Under the pieces are notes generated by a model that saw nothing but the letters and a program-made list of their open reading frames with translations, had not been told where the DNA came from and made no database searches. Position numbers and translations under genes: made by a program. DNA of 64,000 nt from Kiritimatiellia bacterium (GTDB lineage: Bacteria; Verrucomicrobiota; Kiritimatiellia; RFP12; JBMNHG01), in contig JBMNHG010000008.1 of assembly GCA_050950285.1 (NCBI GenBank), forward strand, positions 62,001-126,000. Reading direction: 5' to 3'. Numbering within the stretch: the first letter of the stretch is position 1; each line of letters opens with the position of its first letter. This document shows positions 19,602 to 30,646 of this stretch, one piece after another.

Positions 19602-20135
19602 ATGGAACTTAAAGGAACCAAGACCGAACAGAACCTGTGGACCGCTTTCGCGGGTGAAGCCCAGGCGCGCACCAAGTACGACTACTTCGCTTCTCAGGCG
19701 AAGAAAGAGGGCTACGAGCAGATTTCCGCCATCTTCCAGGAGACCGCGCTGAACGAGAAAGAGCACGCCAAGCTCTGGTTCAAGGCTCTTTCCGGCATCG
19801 GCGACACGCTCTCCAACCTGCTTGACGCCGCGGCGGGCGAGCACGAGGAGTGGACCGTCATGTACAAGAACTTCGCCGAGGAGGCCAAGGCCGAGGGCTT
19901 TGACGGGCTGGCCAACCTCTTCCGGAAGGTCGCCGAGGTCGAGGCCCTCCACGAGGCCCGCTACCGCAAGCTGGCCGCCAACATCGAATCGGGCGAGGTC
20001 TGGGTCCGCGTCGGCAGGAACAGGTGGCATTGCCGCAACTGCGGCGCGGTCATCGAGGGGGAGCGTGCCCCCGAGAAGTGCCCGGTCTGCGACCACCCGA
20101 AGGCCTATTTCCAGCTCGAGCCGAAGAACTACTAG
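19602..20135 (+). CDS. rbr: Rubrerythrin
   Basis: [20 protein letters not shown] diiron motifs; C-terminal CRNCG...CPVC. Confidence 0.95.
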   Translation: MELKGTKTEQNLWTAFAGEAQARTKYDYFASQAKKEGYEQISAIFQETALNEKEHAKLWFKALSGIGDTLSNLLDAAAGEHEEWTVMYKNFAEEAKAEGFDGLANLFRKVAEVEALHEARYRKLAANIESGEVWVRVGRNRWHCRNCGAVIEGERAPEKCPVCDHPKAYFQLEPKNY

Positions 20136-20180
20136 CCGGCCGGGCCGTCATCGGCCGACCCCTTCGGCCGTGTGAAGGGG

Positions 20181-20221
20181 AAACCCCGGACCGCCGCATG
20201 GCGGGCCCGGGGTTTTTGTTT
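20181..20221 (+). terminator. Intrinsic terminator after rubrerythrin
   Basis: AAACCCCGG..CCGCC-gcat-GGCGG..CCGGGGTTTTTGTTT. Confidence 0.7.
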
Positions 20222-20273
20222 GGCCGGCGGCTCCGGCCGCGGGTTCGCGGCGCGCCGCATGTGGAAGGGGGCG

Positions 20274-21311
20274 CTACTTGCGGAGGGGCTGGACGGGGAG
20301 TTTCCGCCAGCCTTGCCGCGACTGGGTGAACTCGCGGGAGGCGAAGCACCAGACCACCCACTTTTTCCCGGCGAGGTAGGAGGGGTCGGCCTTCGACCGC
20401 AGGAAGAGGTTCTGCCGCGCGGGGGTGGCGCCGGAGCCGCGGGTTCCGAGCACATCGACGGCCATGCCGAGTTCGCAGGCGAGCTGGTCGGCCAGTCCGC
20501 CGCCGGTGGCGAAGAGGTCGCCGCCCACGTGGTAGATGAGGCAATGGCTGTCGCCCAGGAGCAGGAGCGGGCTTTCCCGGCTTTCGGTTTCGCCTTCCAC
20601 CCTCCGCATGGGGAGGGTTTCGGAGAGGGCGGTGTTTTCGTCGGCCATGCGGGCGAGGTCGCCGGTGAAGGTGATGTCGGTTTCGGCGGAGGGGAAGACG
20701 CCGGGGTTGGCTTCGAGGCCCAGCGCGTCGCGGATGGCGCGGGCGGCGAGTTCGCCGGCTTTGGGCGTCCAGTGCGAGTCGGTTTTGCAATAGTGGGAGG
20801 CGTCGAGCCGGGAAGAGAGGTCGAGCACCTCCACGCCGGCCTCGCGCAGGACGGCGAAGAAGGCCTGCCGGGCGGGGTCTGTGCCGTCGGCCTGGGCGGC
20901 TGCGGCGGCGGCGAGGTCCGCCGGGAGGTGCGGGGCGCATCGGGCGGCCTTGAGGGGGACGGGCACCATCAGGAGGCGGATGTCGAGGGCCTTGAGCTGC
21001 TCCTGGAAGTCGAGGATCGCGGGAAGCGGATCGGCGTAGTCCGGCTTGGAGGCCTGCGAGGCGGCGGCGGCGGCATCGCCCCAGAAGGTTCCGGCGCCGA
21101 GCTGGCGGAGCTCGGCGGCAAGGAAGAAGAAGCCGTCTTGGCCTTCGAAGGCCCATTGGCCGGCGGCGACGCGCGATTCGGCGTCGGCGCGGCAGGCCGC
21201 CGCGAATGGGTTTTCCGCGGACAGGGCGGTGCCGGAGACGGCGAGTGCGGCGGCGAGCGCGGCGGCGGGAAGGACGGCGTTCCGGGCGGAGGCGAGGAGG
21301 GAAGGGTTCAT
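20274..21311 (-). CDS. AlgX/AlgJ-family SGNH-like O-acetyltransferase-related protein, exported
   Basis: Signal peptide; GQDGFFFL, MVPVPLKA, YCKTDSHWTPKAG, FTGDL, LLLGDSH. Confidence 0.8.
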   Translation of the reverse strand: MNPSLLASARNAVLPAAALAAALAVSGTALSAENPFAAACRADAESRVAAGQWAFEGQDGFFFLAAELRQLGAGTFWGDAAAAASQASKPDYADPLPAILDFQEQLKALDIRLLMVPVPLKAARCAPHLPADLAAAAAAQADGTDPARQAFFAVLREAGVEVLDLSSRLDASHYCKTDSHWTPKAGELAARAIRDALGLEANPGVFPSAETDITFTGDLARMADENTALSETLPMRRVEGETESRESPLLLLGDSHCLIYHVGGDLFATGGGLADQLACELGMAVDVLGTRGSGATPARQNLFLRSKADPSYLAGKKWVVWCFASREFTQSRQGWRKLPVQPLRK

Positions 21312-21382
21312 GGGGTCGACTTGGAGAAGAAGGGATGCAGGGGGCGGGAAGTCCGTCGAAGCGCGACGGACGGCGCGCCGTC

Positions 21383-22243
21383 CTAGGAGGGGAGGGAGAG
21401 GAGGGAGAGATACCAGTTCACGAGGGTCGGGCCCCATCCGATCCATCCGATCGCGCCAAGGGCGAGGAAGGGGCCGAATGGGATCTGCCCCCGCAGCTTG
21501 CGCCGGCCGCAGGCGACGAGGGCGAGTCCCACGATGGAGCCGGCCAGGGAGGCCGCGAGAAGGGTGAATATCACGGCCTGCCATCCGCAGAGGGCGCCGA
21601 TGGCCCCCATGAGCTTCACGTCGCCGAAGCCCATTGCCTCCTTGCGGAAGGCGAGGGAGCCCAGGACGGAGACCAGCCGGAGTCCGCCGAAGCCGGCAAC
21701 CAGGCCGACGACCGAGCGCAACAGGGCGGTCTGCCAGGTGTCGGCGCCTTGGAGTTCGGGCACGAGAGGGCTTGCGAGAAGCCCGAGGATCATTCCGCCG
21801 AGGGTCACGCGGTCCGGGAGGATGAGGTGGTCGATGTCCACGAACGAACCGAAGACCAGCCCCGACACGGCGATCAGGTACACGGGAATTCCCCGGGGGT
21901 CGGAGAAGGGGGTGAGGCCCAGGATGGGGCGGTCCATCGTCGGGGGGATCGCGAACTTGAACCATACCAGCAGGAAAAGCAGGGCGACGAGCGCTTCCAC
22001 CAGGGGGTAGCGAATGGAGATGGGTTCCTTGCAGTAGTGGCAGCGGCCGCGAAGGGCGAACCAGCTCAAGACGGGGATGTTCTGCCAGAAGGGGATGGGG
22101 TGCTCGCACCTCGGGCAATGGGAGCCGGGCCGCACGATGGACATCCCAAGCGGGATGCGCCAGATGCAGACATTCAGAAAGCTCCCGATGCAGGAACCGA
22201 AGAGCGCGACGAAAACCGTGGGAATCCAGAAAATGGCGGACAT
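21383..22243 (-). CDS. pilD: Type IV prepilin peptidase/methyltransferase
   Basis: GSFLNVCIWRIP, SHCPRC, GRCHYC, MGFGDVKL, IPFGPFLALG. Confidence 0.95.
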   Translation of the reverse strand: MSAIFWIPTVFVALFGSCIGSFLNVCIWRIPLGMSIVRPGSHCPRCEHPIPFWQNIPVLSWFALRGRCHYCKEPISIRYPLVEALVALLFLLVWFKFAIPPTMDRPILGLTPFSDPRGIPVYLIAVSGLVFGSFVDIDHLILPDRVTLGGMILGLLASPLVPELQGADTWQTALLRSVVGLVAGFGGLRLVSVLGSLAFRKEAMGFGDVKLMGAIGALCGWQAVIFTLLAASLAGSIVGLALVACGRRKLRGQIPFGPFLALGAIGWIGWGPTLVNWYLSLLSLPS

Positions 22244-22440
22244 GGCGGATGGAACCAGCATACCATCGCGGCGAAGGGGTGGGAAGCGGAACTTCAGGGG
22301 TTCCAGGGGCCGGGCCATGCGGGATCGGCGCGGCTTCCCGTTTGCTTTTTCCATCGTCGCGCGCACGCGAGGTTTCCCGCGCTGCTTCGGGGCGTGGGAA
22401 AACGATTGCCCGGCCGCAAAATCTGCTATATATTCAGAAC

Positions 22441-25400
22441 ATGAAAAAGACGAGCTTTGCCTTGCTTTCCTTCGCGTGTGCGATGTTCGCGGCCTCCGCT
22501 GTCGCCGGCGTGGAGATTCCTTTCACCCTGCCGGACGATGGCCAGACCTATCTGGTGACGCTGGCCATCACGGAGAAGGCGAATCCGGATCGGATCGTCA
22601 GCACCTTCGTCTGCGGCCAGCCCTTCGCCACCGCCCCGGGGCAGGGCTCCTTCACTGCGGTCTGGGATGGCCTCGACGAGAACTTCATGCCCGTCCCGGC
22701 CGGCGACTACGGCGTGAAAGGCATTTATGCGCCTGCCGCGGAAGATCCCATCGACCACGAGTTCCACGCCATCCGGGCCCGCTACCACAGCGGCGTGGGG
22801 GCCTTCCTGCCCACGCCCGACACGCCCGAAATCTGGAAGATCCCCATCCCCTTCCACGGCGACCCCGTGAACTCCCCGCTCGCGGATGTCGATGCCACCC
22901 CCTCCGGCCGCATGGTCACCTACTACCAATACCTCGAAAACGGCAAGAACTGCCCCATCCTCGACCTGACCCGCCCCTACGGCAACGCCCAGTTTGTGCG
23001 CGCCTTCCCCTCCGGCGGCGCGGGCGGCGGGCCGTGCGCCACGACCGACGGAGAGACCGTGTGGGCCTGCACGACCGACGGCGCCCCCTTCTTCCTCTAT
23101 CGCGCCGACGCCAAGCCGTTCGGCACGGACAACGCCCGCCACCGCCGCGGCGGCTTCCTCCCGCAGGGCATCGTCACCGACATGGCCTGCTGGCGCGGCG
23201 CGGACGCCGCGCACCCCTTCGTCTATGCCATCCAGCGCGGCAAGCTCGAGAACGAGCCGATTCCCGGCGATCCCCGCAATCGCACGCGCATCGTCGAAAG
23301 CCGGACGGAGTTCATCGACGAGATCACGGTCTTCAACGGCGACAACGGCGACGTTCTCGCGCACGTCCCGGTTTCGCGCCCCCGCGCGATGGCCATCCTG
23401 GGCGACACGATGTACCTGCTCTACCGTCCGGACAACGCCTGCGAGGCCATCGGAGCGCTTCCGATCGCCGACGGCATCCCGCAGGGCGGCGTCCGCGAGC
23501 TCTTCCGTCTGCCCGAGGCCCTTTCGCCCAACGACATCGCGGTGGACTCCCGGACCCGCTTCTACGTCTCCGACCCGAAGGCCAACCACGTCTACCAATT
23601 CTCCCCGGAGGGCCAATCGCTGCGCGTCTTCGGAGCCAAAGACGTCCAGGAATCCGGCACCTTCGACCCTTCGACCTTCATGACGCCCACCCGCATCGCC
23701 TGCTGGACCGACGCCGGGGGGCTCGACCGCCTTCTCGTGGTCGAGGCCTCCGGGCCGAACCGCGTGACCGAATGGAACGGCGGGACCGGCGCGCTTCTCG
23801 CCGAATACCCCTCGTTCCAGACCAAGGCGAACAGCGGGTATGCGATGGACCCCGACCATCCCGACCACATCTACCTGCCCGTCCACCAGAATTGGCTTGC
23901 GCGCTACATCGTCGACTACGAAAAGGGCGAATGGAAGCTCGACGCCGTCTTTCCGGACGTCGTGGCGGGCCAGCGCCGGGGGCTGGACAAGCCCGTCGCC
24001 CTGCGCGTGAACGGGCGCCTCTACCTCGCCAGCGCGCAGAGCGGCCTGGTCTTCCGGCTTACCGACGACGGCAGGCGGGTGGTGCGTTCCGCCGCCATTC
24101 TTCGCGAAGAGGGCAACCGGAATTTCGCGTGGAACGACGCGAACGGCAACGGCGAGATCGACGACGACGAGAAGCGCCCGATCGAGCTGCCCGGCTGGGT
24201 CTTCACCTACCACGGGCAGAATTGGACCGAGGGCCTCGTCTACCTGGCGATGGGCCAGGGTTCGCGCGACGTGTGGTCGCTTTCCCCGGATTCGTTCGAC
24301 GAGCATGGCAATCCGGTTTTCACCGGGTTCCGGCACGTCGTGCGGGATCCGTTCTTCGAAGCGCGCGCCACCGGCAATCCGGGGGCGCTCGAGGGCGGGA
24401 ACGAACTGGCCGAGGCCTTCTCCAGCGACTGGATGCAGGCGGACGGCGCGCTGGGCGGGCCCATCTTCACGCAGGCCCGCGGCGGGCGCAACTACTCCGC
24501 GAATTACGGCGCCCAGCACAAGGTCACCCGCTACGATCCGGATGCGGAAGGACGCTATTCGATGACCTGGCGCGTCGGCCGCACCAACATCGCCGGCGGC
24601 GCCCGGCGCGGCGAACTCGTCGGCGGCATGCGCATCTTCCGTCCCCGGAACGGCATTCTCGCGGTGATCGACCAGTCGCGTTCGGGCGTTTTCCTGTACA
24701 CCGACGACGGCCTGTACGTCGACACCCTCTTCGCGCCGGGCTCCACCCGCGAAGAGCTGGGCGTCTACCGCCAGCCGGGCGAGTTCTTCGCCGGCACGGT
24801 CTACGACAACCCGGACAACGGCAAGATCTACTACGCCTCCGGCAAATACACGCCGTTCCTCTACGAAATCGAGAACTGGTCGCTCACGGAGAATCCCGTG
24901 CGGCGCCTCGAGGGCCTCCCCGAAACGGTCGCGATCGATGCCGCGCAGATCGCCGATCCGCCCGAGATGGCGATCGCGCTGCGCGGAGGCCCCGGCCGCG
25001 CCCGGTTCGCCGAGATCGGCACGGCCTTTGGCGGCGTCGAATTGCAGGGTGGCGCGATGGCCGGCTGGGAGTCCGCGCAGCCGGTGGCCTTCCAGGGCGA
25101 CAAGTCGCAGACGGTGGAGGTGCGCTGCCTGTACGATCCCGACACCCTCCATGTCCGCTGGCACATCCGGACCGGCTCGGAGTTCCAGCCCAACCCGCCG
25201 CTCGCCGATTACGCCCGCATCTACTCGCACGATGCCGCGACGGACATCGCGAGCCTGTACCTGGGGGCGAACGGCGGCGAAGCGCGCGTGGTGTTCGGCC
25301 TCTGGGGCGACGACGCCGGGGGAATGGCCCCCCGCGCCATCGTCTTCCATCCGGAATGGACGGGTGCGGACGCCAACCCCGTGGGCTTCCGGACGCCCGT

Positions 25401-26310
25401 GAACGAAACGCGCTTTGAACACGTGGCGGAGATTCCCGCCTCCGCCCTCGGGTTCGCGGTGGACGCGGACCGGAAGGGATTCGTGATTGCGGCGTCGCTC
25501 CCGCGCGCGGCCTTCCCGTTCTTGTCCGAACCCTTCTCCGGGGACTCGCGCCTGCGCCTCAACTTCGACGCGAACCTGGGCGGCCACAACCGCTTCTGGT
25601 GGTCGAACACCGACGGCTCCGCGAACACCGAGACCTACGACGAGCCGACCGAGGCGCGCCTCTACCCCGGCTCGTGGTCGCCTGCCCGCTTCGTGTCCGC
25701 CGAAGACGGGCTGCTGGTGCGGGAGTGGGTGCGCGCAGGCCCGTTCGGCGGCCCCGGCAGCGAGGGGTTTTCGTGGGATCCGCGGAACAAGGACGAAGTC
25801 GGCGCCTTCTTCGAGAAGGCCGTCTTCCCGCCCGACGAGGCAACGCGCGTCGATGTCGCCGAAACCTTCGACGGCCCGCTCACGGGCGGTTGGTGGGGAG
25901 GTCCGGCCACCGACAAGCGCCCTCTCCGCTGGCAGGCGGTGTCGCTGGACGAGATGGACACCCGCTTCCGGCTGGGCGACGCCGGGTCGCAGGTCTGGTT
26001 CGGCGCCACGTGGATTCGGGCGGACGAAGAGGTCGAGGTGGAACTCGAGCTCTTCGCGCACAACATGACGACCCTGCGCTGGCGCCTCAACGGGGAGCCG
26101 ATCCCGATCGGCGGGCTCAAGGACTATGCGCCGGACAACCGCCGCACCCACCGCCATCACGCGACGCGCACGGTGACGCTCCGCGCGGGCTGGAACGAAA
26201 TCTGGGTCCGTGGCTACTGCGTGGGCTATGCGCCCTTCCGCGCCGGGATCATCGTCCACGCCCCCGAATCGGTCCTCTGGACCCTTCGCAGCACCAACGT
26301 CCAGCCGTAG
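22441..26310 (+). CDS. Large exported protein (FlgD-like Ig N-terminus, NHL/beta-propeller-like core, putative carbohydrate-binding C-terminal domains)
   Basis: Signal peptide; WDGLDENFMPVPAGDY; PNDIAVDS..FYVSD; WNDANGNGEIDDDE; strong GC3 bias. Confidence 0.7.
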   Translation: MKKTSFALLSFACAMFAASAVAGVEIPFTLPDDGQTYLVTLAITEKANPDRIVSTFVCGQPFATAPGQGSFTAVWDGLDENFMPVPAGDYGVKGIYAPAAEDPIDHEFHAIRARYHSGVGAFLPTPDTPEIWKIPIPFHGDPVNSPLADVDATPSGRMVTYYQYLENGKNCPILDLTRPYGNAQFVRAFPSGGAGGGPCATTDGETVWACTTDGAPFFLYRADAKPFGTDNARHRRGGFLPQGIVTDMACWRGADAAHPFVYAIQRGKLENEPIPGDPRNRTRIVESRTEFIDEITVFNGDNGDVLAHVPVSRPRAMAILGDTMYLLYRPDNACEAIGALPIADGIPQGGVRELFRLPEALSPNDIAVDSRTRFYVSDPKANHVYQFSPEGQSLRVFGAKDVQESGTFDPSTFMTPTRIACWTDAGGLDRLLVVEASGPNRVTEWNGGTGALLAEYPSFQTKANSGYAMDPDHPDHIYLPVHQNWLARYIVDYEKGEWKLDAVFPDVVAGQRRGLDKPVALRVNGRLYLASAQSGLVFRLTDDGRRVVRSAAILREEGNRNFAWNDANGNGEIDDDEKRPIELPGWVFTYHGQNWTEGLVYLAMGQGSRDVWSLSPDSFDEHGNPVFTGFRHVVRDPFFEARATGNPGALEGGNELAEAFSSDWMQADGALGGPIFTQARGGRNYSANYGAQHKVTRYDPDAEGRYSMTWRVGRTNIAGGARRGELVGGMRIFRPRNGILAVIDQSRSGVFLYTDDGLYVDTLFAPGSTREELGVYRQPGEFFAGTVYDNPDNGKIYYASGKYTPFLYEIENWSLTENPVRRLEGLPETVAIDAAQIADPPEMAIALRGGPGRARFAEIGTAFGGVELQGGAMAGWESAQPVAFQGDKSQTVEVRCLYDPDTLHVRWHIRTGSEFQPNPPLADYARIYSHDAATDIASLYLGANGGEARVVFGLWGDDAGGMAPRAIVFHPEWTGADANPVGFRTPVNETRFEHVAEIPASALGFAVDADRKGFVIAASLPRAAFPFLSEPFSGDSRLRLNFDANLGGHNRFWWSNTDGSANTETYDEPTEARLYPGSWSPARFVSAEDGLLVREWVRAGPFGGPGSEGFSWDPRNKDEVGAFFEKAVFPPDEATRVDVAETFDGPLTGGWWGGPATDKRPLRWQAVSLDEMDTRFRLGDAGSQVWFGATWIRADEEVEVELELFAHNMTTLRWRLNGEPIPIGGLKDYAPDNRRTHRHHATRTVTLRAGWNEIWVRGYCVGYAPFRAGIIVHAPESVLWTLRSTNVQP

Positions 26311-26507
26311 CGGGATGCGCCGCGAGGGGGGGCATGCCGCCTGCCGAAGCGATATTTTTTTTCGCGAGGATGACGACGGCGCAATCGGCGGATGGCTGCC
26401 CGGGCGCCTCCAACGGGCGCGGCACGCCGTCCCCATCGCATTCCCGTGCACTTGCCCGTCGGCGCCGGCTTCCCGATGGCCCCATCCGCGGGCGATGATC
26501 CTGGTTC

Positions 26508-26536
26508 TTGACCTCCCATCGTCTTTCCTTTATTCT
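26508..26536 (+). promoter_or_regulatory. Putative promoter of the TPR operon
   Basis: TTGACC-17bp-TATTCT, 9 nt before ATG 26546. Confidence 0.55.
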
Positions 26537-26545
26537 TGCGTCACC

Positions 26546-29500
26546 ATGAATCGGTGGCGCACCTCCTCCCCAGCATTCGCGCTCGGCGCACTCGCCGCGG
26601 CGGTCCTTCTGTTCGTCGTGCCGTCTGTCCAAGCCCAGGACGATGGCGATGTAGGCGAGTCCGATCCGGAACTGGATGCGGAAATCTACTACATCCAGGG
26701 GCTTCGCAAGCTTCGATTGCCCGACTATGCCGACCGCGTGCTCGCCAAGACCCAGGCACGCTGGCCCGCAGCCGGTCCGCGCCTGAAGCAGATCGAACTC
26801 GAAGGCCTGCTCTACCAGGGCAAGTTCGACGAGGTGAAGGCCATCATCGCCAAGGAGAAAGACCAGGACGGCGTCGACGCCTGGGCCATGAAGATCGCGA
26901 TGGCCGACTCCTACTTCCTCTATGCGCGTTTCGAGGAGGCCTGTGGCCTTTACGAGGGCTTCTTCAAAAAATTCCCGAAGCCGACCGCCGAAACCGGCCC
27001 CTTCTGGCTGGCCTCCGCCTATCGTTTTGCGCAGATGTACATCCACATGAAGCAGGATGCGCTGGCGCTGGGCGCCTACGGCCGGGTGGTGGGCAGCACC
27101 AAGGACATGTACATCGCCCGCCGGTGCAAGGGCGAAATGTGCGAGATCGCCATCCGCATTCTCGACGAAGAGGACGATGCGTTGTGCGAGATCGCCCTCC
27201 AGGAGCTGGCCGGAGCCCAGGCGAAGGACGCGAAGTCCGCCAAGGATGCGAAGTCCGCCAAGGCCGCTCCGAAAGGGGCCAAGGCCCGCGAGGAGCTGAT
27301 CAAGAAGACCAACTCGTGGGCGGACGATTTGCTGTGGGACCAGGATCAATGGTTCGGCAAGGGCATCGTGGTGAAGGCCCACCTGCTCATGCTCCAGGGC
27401 GATCCCGCCGGCGCGAAGAGGCTGGTCGACAACTACATGCCGCAGCTCAAGTCGATCCACGACGCGCTGGTCGAGGCGGCGAAGGAAGATCCCAACATCT
27501 CCCTCCGCGAAAGCCCGATGCCGCAATGCCGGTTCCTCCTCGCCACGATGTTGCAGGAGGCGGCGGAAAAACTGCTCGCCCAGGAGACGCTCTCCGGCGA
27601 AGACTCCGAGAAGGTGCTGTCCTATCTCATCGGCGACCGCAAGCCGAGCGGGCAGAAGGGGCGCGTGGGCAACGGCGCCTTCCAGCACTATGTGAACGTC
27701 TTCATCCAGTACCCGGAATCCGCCTGGGCGGCCGAGGCGGGGGAGCGCTCCGAGCAGGTCCGCGCCATCATTTCCGACCGCTTCGGCGGCACCTTGAAGA
27801 CCTCCGTCACCGCCGAGCAGATGTCCAGGGTGCGCAAGCTCCTGTTCCAGGACGCCAACATCCTCTACTCCCGGGGCCAGTTCGAGCAGGCCATCGATCG
27901 CTATCTCCTGGTGCTCAACCAGGCTCCCGAATGCCCCGAGGCGCTGGGCGCCCTCGGCAACCTCGCCCAGGCCTACTACGAGACCGCTACGCCGGAGAAC
28001 CTCCACGACTGGTACGGCGACATGGTGGTGCGGCACATCGCCGACCGCTTCGGCAGCAACCCCGACTATCTCAACGACGCCGGCAACATGGTCGTGCGCG
28101 TGGCCGAATTCTGCGGCGAAAAGGGGTGGGCCGACCGTCGGCGCAAGCTCTACGACGCCTTCTTCCGCGATTGCCCCGGCCACCCCATGGTGCCCACCTA
28201 CCTGAAAGGCTTCGCCCTCCGCCACTACACCGACGAAGACTACCACACGGCGCTCGGCTACTTCGCGCAGCTCGCCACCTACACCAACTCCCCGCTGAGC
28301 GACGAAGCCCTCCGCTTCTCCGCCGACATCTACGGGAAGACCGGCCAGGTCACCAACGAAATCGCCGTGCTCGACGACTTCATCGGCCGCCTGCAGTCCC
28401 GCCCGAAGCCCGGCCACGCCCTCGTCTCTTCCCGCTTCCGCCGCGCCCAGGCCCAGAAGACCTACGCCGTGGCCATTCTCAACGACACCACCAACGAGGT
28501 CGATGTCGCCGCGGCCAACGCGCTCCTCACCGATGCGACCGCCGAATTCACGCGCATCGCCGCCGAACTCGCGAAGGCCGACAACCCCTACCAGGCGAAC
28601 GAAGAGGAAAAGGCGCAGAACCAGCAGATCCTCGAGTTCTCCCTCTTCAACAAGGCCTACTCCCTTCTGCACCTCACCCGGCCTGCGGACAAAGTCCCCG
28701 CCTTCCGCGAAGCCGCGGTCGGCGCCTACGAGGATCTCGTCGCCTCCTGCCCGCAATCCCAGCTCGCCCCTCCTTCCCTCCTCCAGGTGAACATCATCTC
28801 CACCAGCCTCGGGAAGACCGAGGCGGCCGAGGCCGCCATCGCCCGCCTGCGGCGCGACTATCCCGATTCCGAAGAGGCCAAGAACGCCCTCCCGCTCCAG
28901 GCGAGGAACCTCATGGACATGGGCCTGCGCTCCGAGGCCGTCGCCCTCTACGCACAGATGTTCACGGAAAGCGGGAAATACTCCAACAACGACCTCCTCC
29001 AGGCCGGGCAGGTCCTCCTCGATGCGAAGGAGTACGACATCGCCTCCCAGGCCTTCGAGCGCGTGCTGGCCTCCGGCGACACCTCCCCCGCCGTCGTCGC
29101 CCCCGCCCGCCTCGGCGCCGCGCGAATCCTCCTCCTGCAAGGCCGCCACGAAGAATGCATGGAATCCCTCAAGGCCTTCCTCGACGAGTACGGAAAGACC
29201 TCCCTCATGATCGACGCCTCCCTCCTCCTCTCCGAGGCCGCTTCCGAGGTCGGCATGCGCGAGAGGGACGACGAGAAGCGGACCGAACTCTTCAACCTCG
29301 CCGTCAAGGCCGCCAAGGACGTGAAGCCCTATCGCACCACCGAACTCGCCAGGGCCGAGGACGACCTTTCCACCGGGCGTCTCCTCACCCGCCGCGCCAA
29401 GGCCGAAGAGGCCTTCGGCATGCCCGAAAAGGCCAAGGAGACCCGCGGCCGCGCCATCGTCGCCTACCTCATGATGATCATGAACGTGCCGGCCTCCAAC

Positions 29501-29692
29501 GTCGCCCTCGCCCCCGCCATCGAGCAGGCCTACCACGAGTGCATCGCCCTCATGGTCCAAAACGAGTCCTGGGCGGACGCCGCCGACAAGTGCCGGGAAT
29601 ACCTCGGCGACTTCCCGCGCGGCAGGTTCGTCGCCGACGTCCAGGGCTGGCTCAACGCATGCAACGTCCACCTCGGCAACACCGCCAACTAG
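26546..29692 (+). CDS. Large exported tetratricopeptide-repeat protein
   Basis: Signal peptide ending VQA-Q; helical repeats with YPES, YPDS, FPRG turns. Confidence 0.78.
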   Translation: MNRWRTSSPAFALGALAAAVLLFVVPSVQAQDDGDVGESDPELDAEIYYIQGLRKLRLPDYADRVLAKTQARWPAAGPRLKQIELEGLLYQGKFDEVKAIIAKEKDQDGVDAWAMKIAMADSYFLYARFEEACGLYEGFFKKFPKPTAETGPFWLASAYRFAQMYIHMKQDALALGAYGRVVGSTKDMYIARRCKGEMCEIAIRILDEEDDALCEIALQELAGAQAKDAKSAKDAKSAKAAPKGAKAREELIKKTNSWADDLLWDQDQWFGKGIVVKAHLLMLQGDPAGAKRLVDNYMPQLKSIHDALVEAAKEDPNISLRESPMPQCRFLLATMLQEAAEKLLAQETLSGEDSEKVLSYLIGDRKPSGQKGRVGNGAFQHYVNVFIQYPESAWAAEAGERSEQVRAIISDRFGGTLKTSVTAEQMSRVRKLLFQDANILYSRGQFEQAIDRYLLVLNQAPECPEALGALGNLAQAYYETATPENLHDWYGDMVVRHIADRFGSNPDYLNDAGNMVVRVAEFCGEKGWADRRRKLYDAFFRDCPGHPMVPTYLKGFALRHYTDEDYHTALGYFAQLATYTNSPLSDEALRFSADIYGKTGQVTNEIAVLDDFIGRLQSRPKPGHALVSSRFRRAQAQKTYAVAILNDTTNEVDVAAANALLTDATAEFTRIAAELAKADNPYQANEEEKAQNQQILEFSLFNKAYSLLHLTRPADKVPAFREAAVGAYEDLVASCPQSQLAPPSLLQVNIISTSLGKTEAAEAAIARLRRDYPDSEEAKNALPLQARNLMDMGLRSEAVALYAQMFTESGKYSNNDLLQAGQVLLDAKEYDIASQAFERVLASGDTSPAVVAPARLGAARILLLQGRHEECMESLKAFLDEYGKTSLMIDASLLLSEAASEVGMRERDDEKRTELFNLAVKAAKDVKPYRTTELARAEDDLSTGRLLTRRAKAEEAFGMPEKAKETRGRAIVAYLMMIMNVPASNVALAPAIEQAYHECIALMVQNESWADAADKCREYLGDFPRGRFVADVQGWLNACNVHLGNTAN

Positions 29693-29745
29693 CCCCGCCC
29701 TCTCTTCATCCTTGTTTCGACACTCACAAGGCTCAAAGGTATCCC

Positions 29746-30525
29746 ATGAAAAAAACACTCCTCCTCGCCGTTCTCGCGCTGGCCTCCGTTTCAGCCTTCG
29801 CCAACGTTCGCGCCAGAATCTTCAAGGTGGGCGACGACCGTCCGCTCCAGGGCACCGTGATCTGGAGGGCCATCGCCAAGCAATACATCCTCACCCAGCC
29901 GAACGGCGTCGAAATCACCATCGACTTCGCCGACGTCGCCCGGATCCAGGTGGAAAAGCCCAGGGAATTCGATGGCGCCGTCAGCGCCGTGAAGTCCGGC
30001 AAGTTCGCCGCCGCCATCCCCGTGCTCGAGAAGCTGGTGAAGGACTACGCCATGCTGCAGTGGGACGAGGAGGCGATCCCCTACCTCGCCGAAGCCTACC
30101 TGGCCACCGGTCGCGACGCCGACGCCGTGAAGGAGTGCGAGAAGGTCATCGCGCTCAAGCCCGAAGCCGCCTACTCCGGCGACATGGCCATGAGCTATTG
30201 GACGGCCCTGCTCAAGACCGGCAAGACCGCCAAGCTCGACGAGCTCGTCGAGAAGGCCGCCAAGTCCGGACAGCGCTCGAACGCCGCCCGCGCCCTCGTC
30301 ATGCGCGGCGACATCCTCGCCGCGCGCAACCAGCACCGGGAGGCCCTCGAAGACGGCTACCTCCGCGTGATCGTGCTCTACGCCTCCGAGAAGAACCTCC
30401 AGCCCGAAGCCCTCTTCAAAGCCGCCCAGTCCTTCGAGGCCCTCCAGCAGGTTCCCCATGCCGAGAGGATGCGCACGAAACTCCGCACCGAGTATCCGTC
30501 GTCGGAGTACGTCCGCAAACTCTGA
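29746..30525 (+). CDS. Exported TPR protein (CpoB/YbgF-like C-terminus)
   Basis: Signal peptide; YLRVIVLY..PEALFKAAQSF..LRTEYPSSEY. Confidence 0.78.
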   Translation: MKKTLLLAVLALASVSAFANVRARIFKVGDDRPLQGTVIWRAIAKQYILTQPNGVEITIDFADVARIQVEKPREFDGAVSAVKSGKFAAAIPVLEKLVKDYAMLQWDEEAIPYLAEAYLATGRDADAVKECEKVIALKPEAAYSGDMAMSYWTALLKTGKTAKLDELVEKAAKSGQRSNAARALVMRGDILAARNQHREALEDGYLRVIVLYASEKNLQPEALFKAAQSFEALQQVPHAERMRTKLRTEYPSSEYVRKL

Positions 30526-30646
30526 ATTCCAGTCTTTACCAACACGGCCTCCTTCGCTATCATTCCCCAATTCCGCGATTCCGAAACACGTCTCGGCCAC
30601 ACTCCCCACGTGACCTATTTCGTCATCAACCACTAGGATCAACACA

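Noticed and set aside
27221..27263. 18-bp tandem repeat (AKDAKS) as a phase-variation locus
   Set aside because: In-frame, about two imperfect copies; a low-complexity linker
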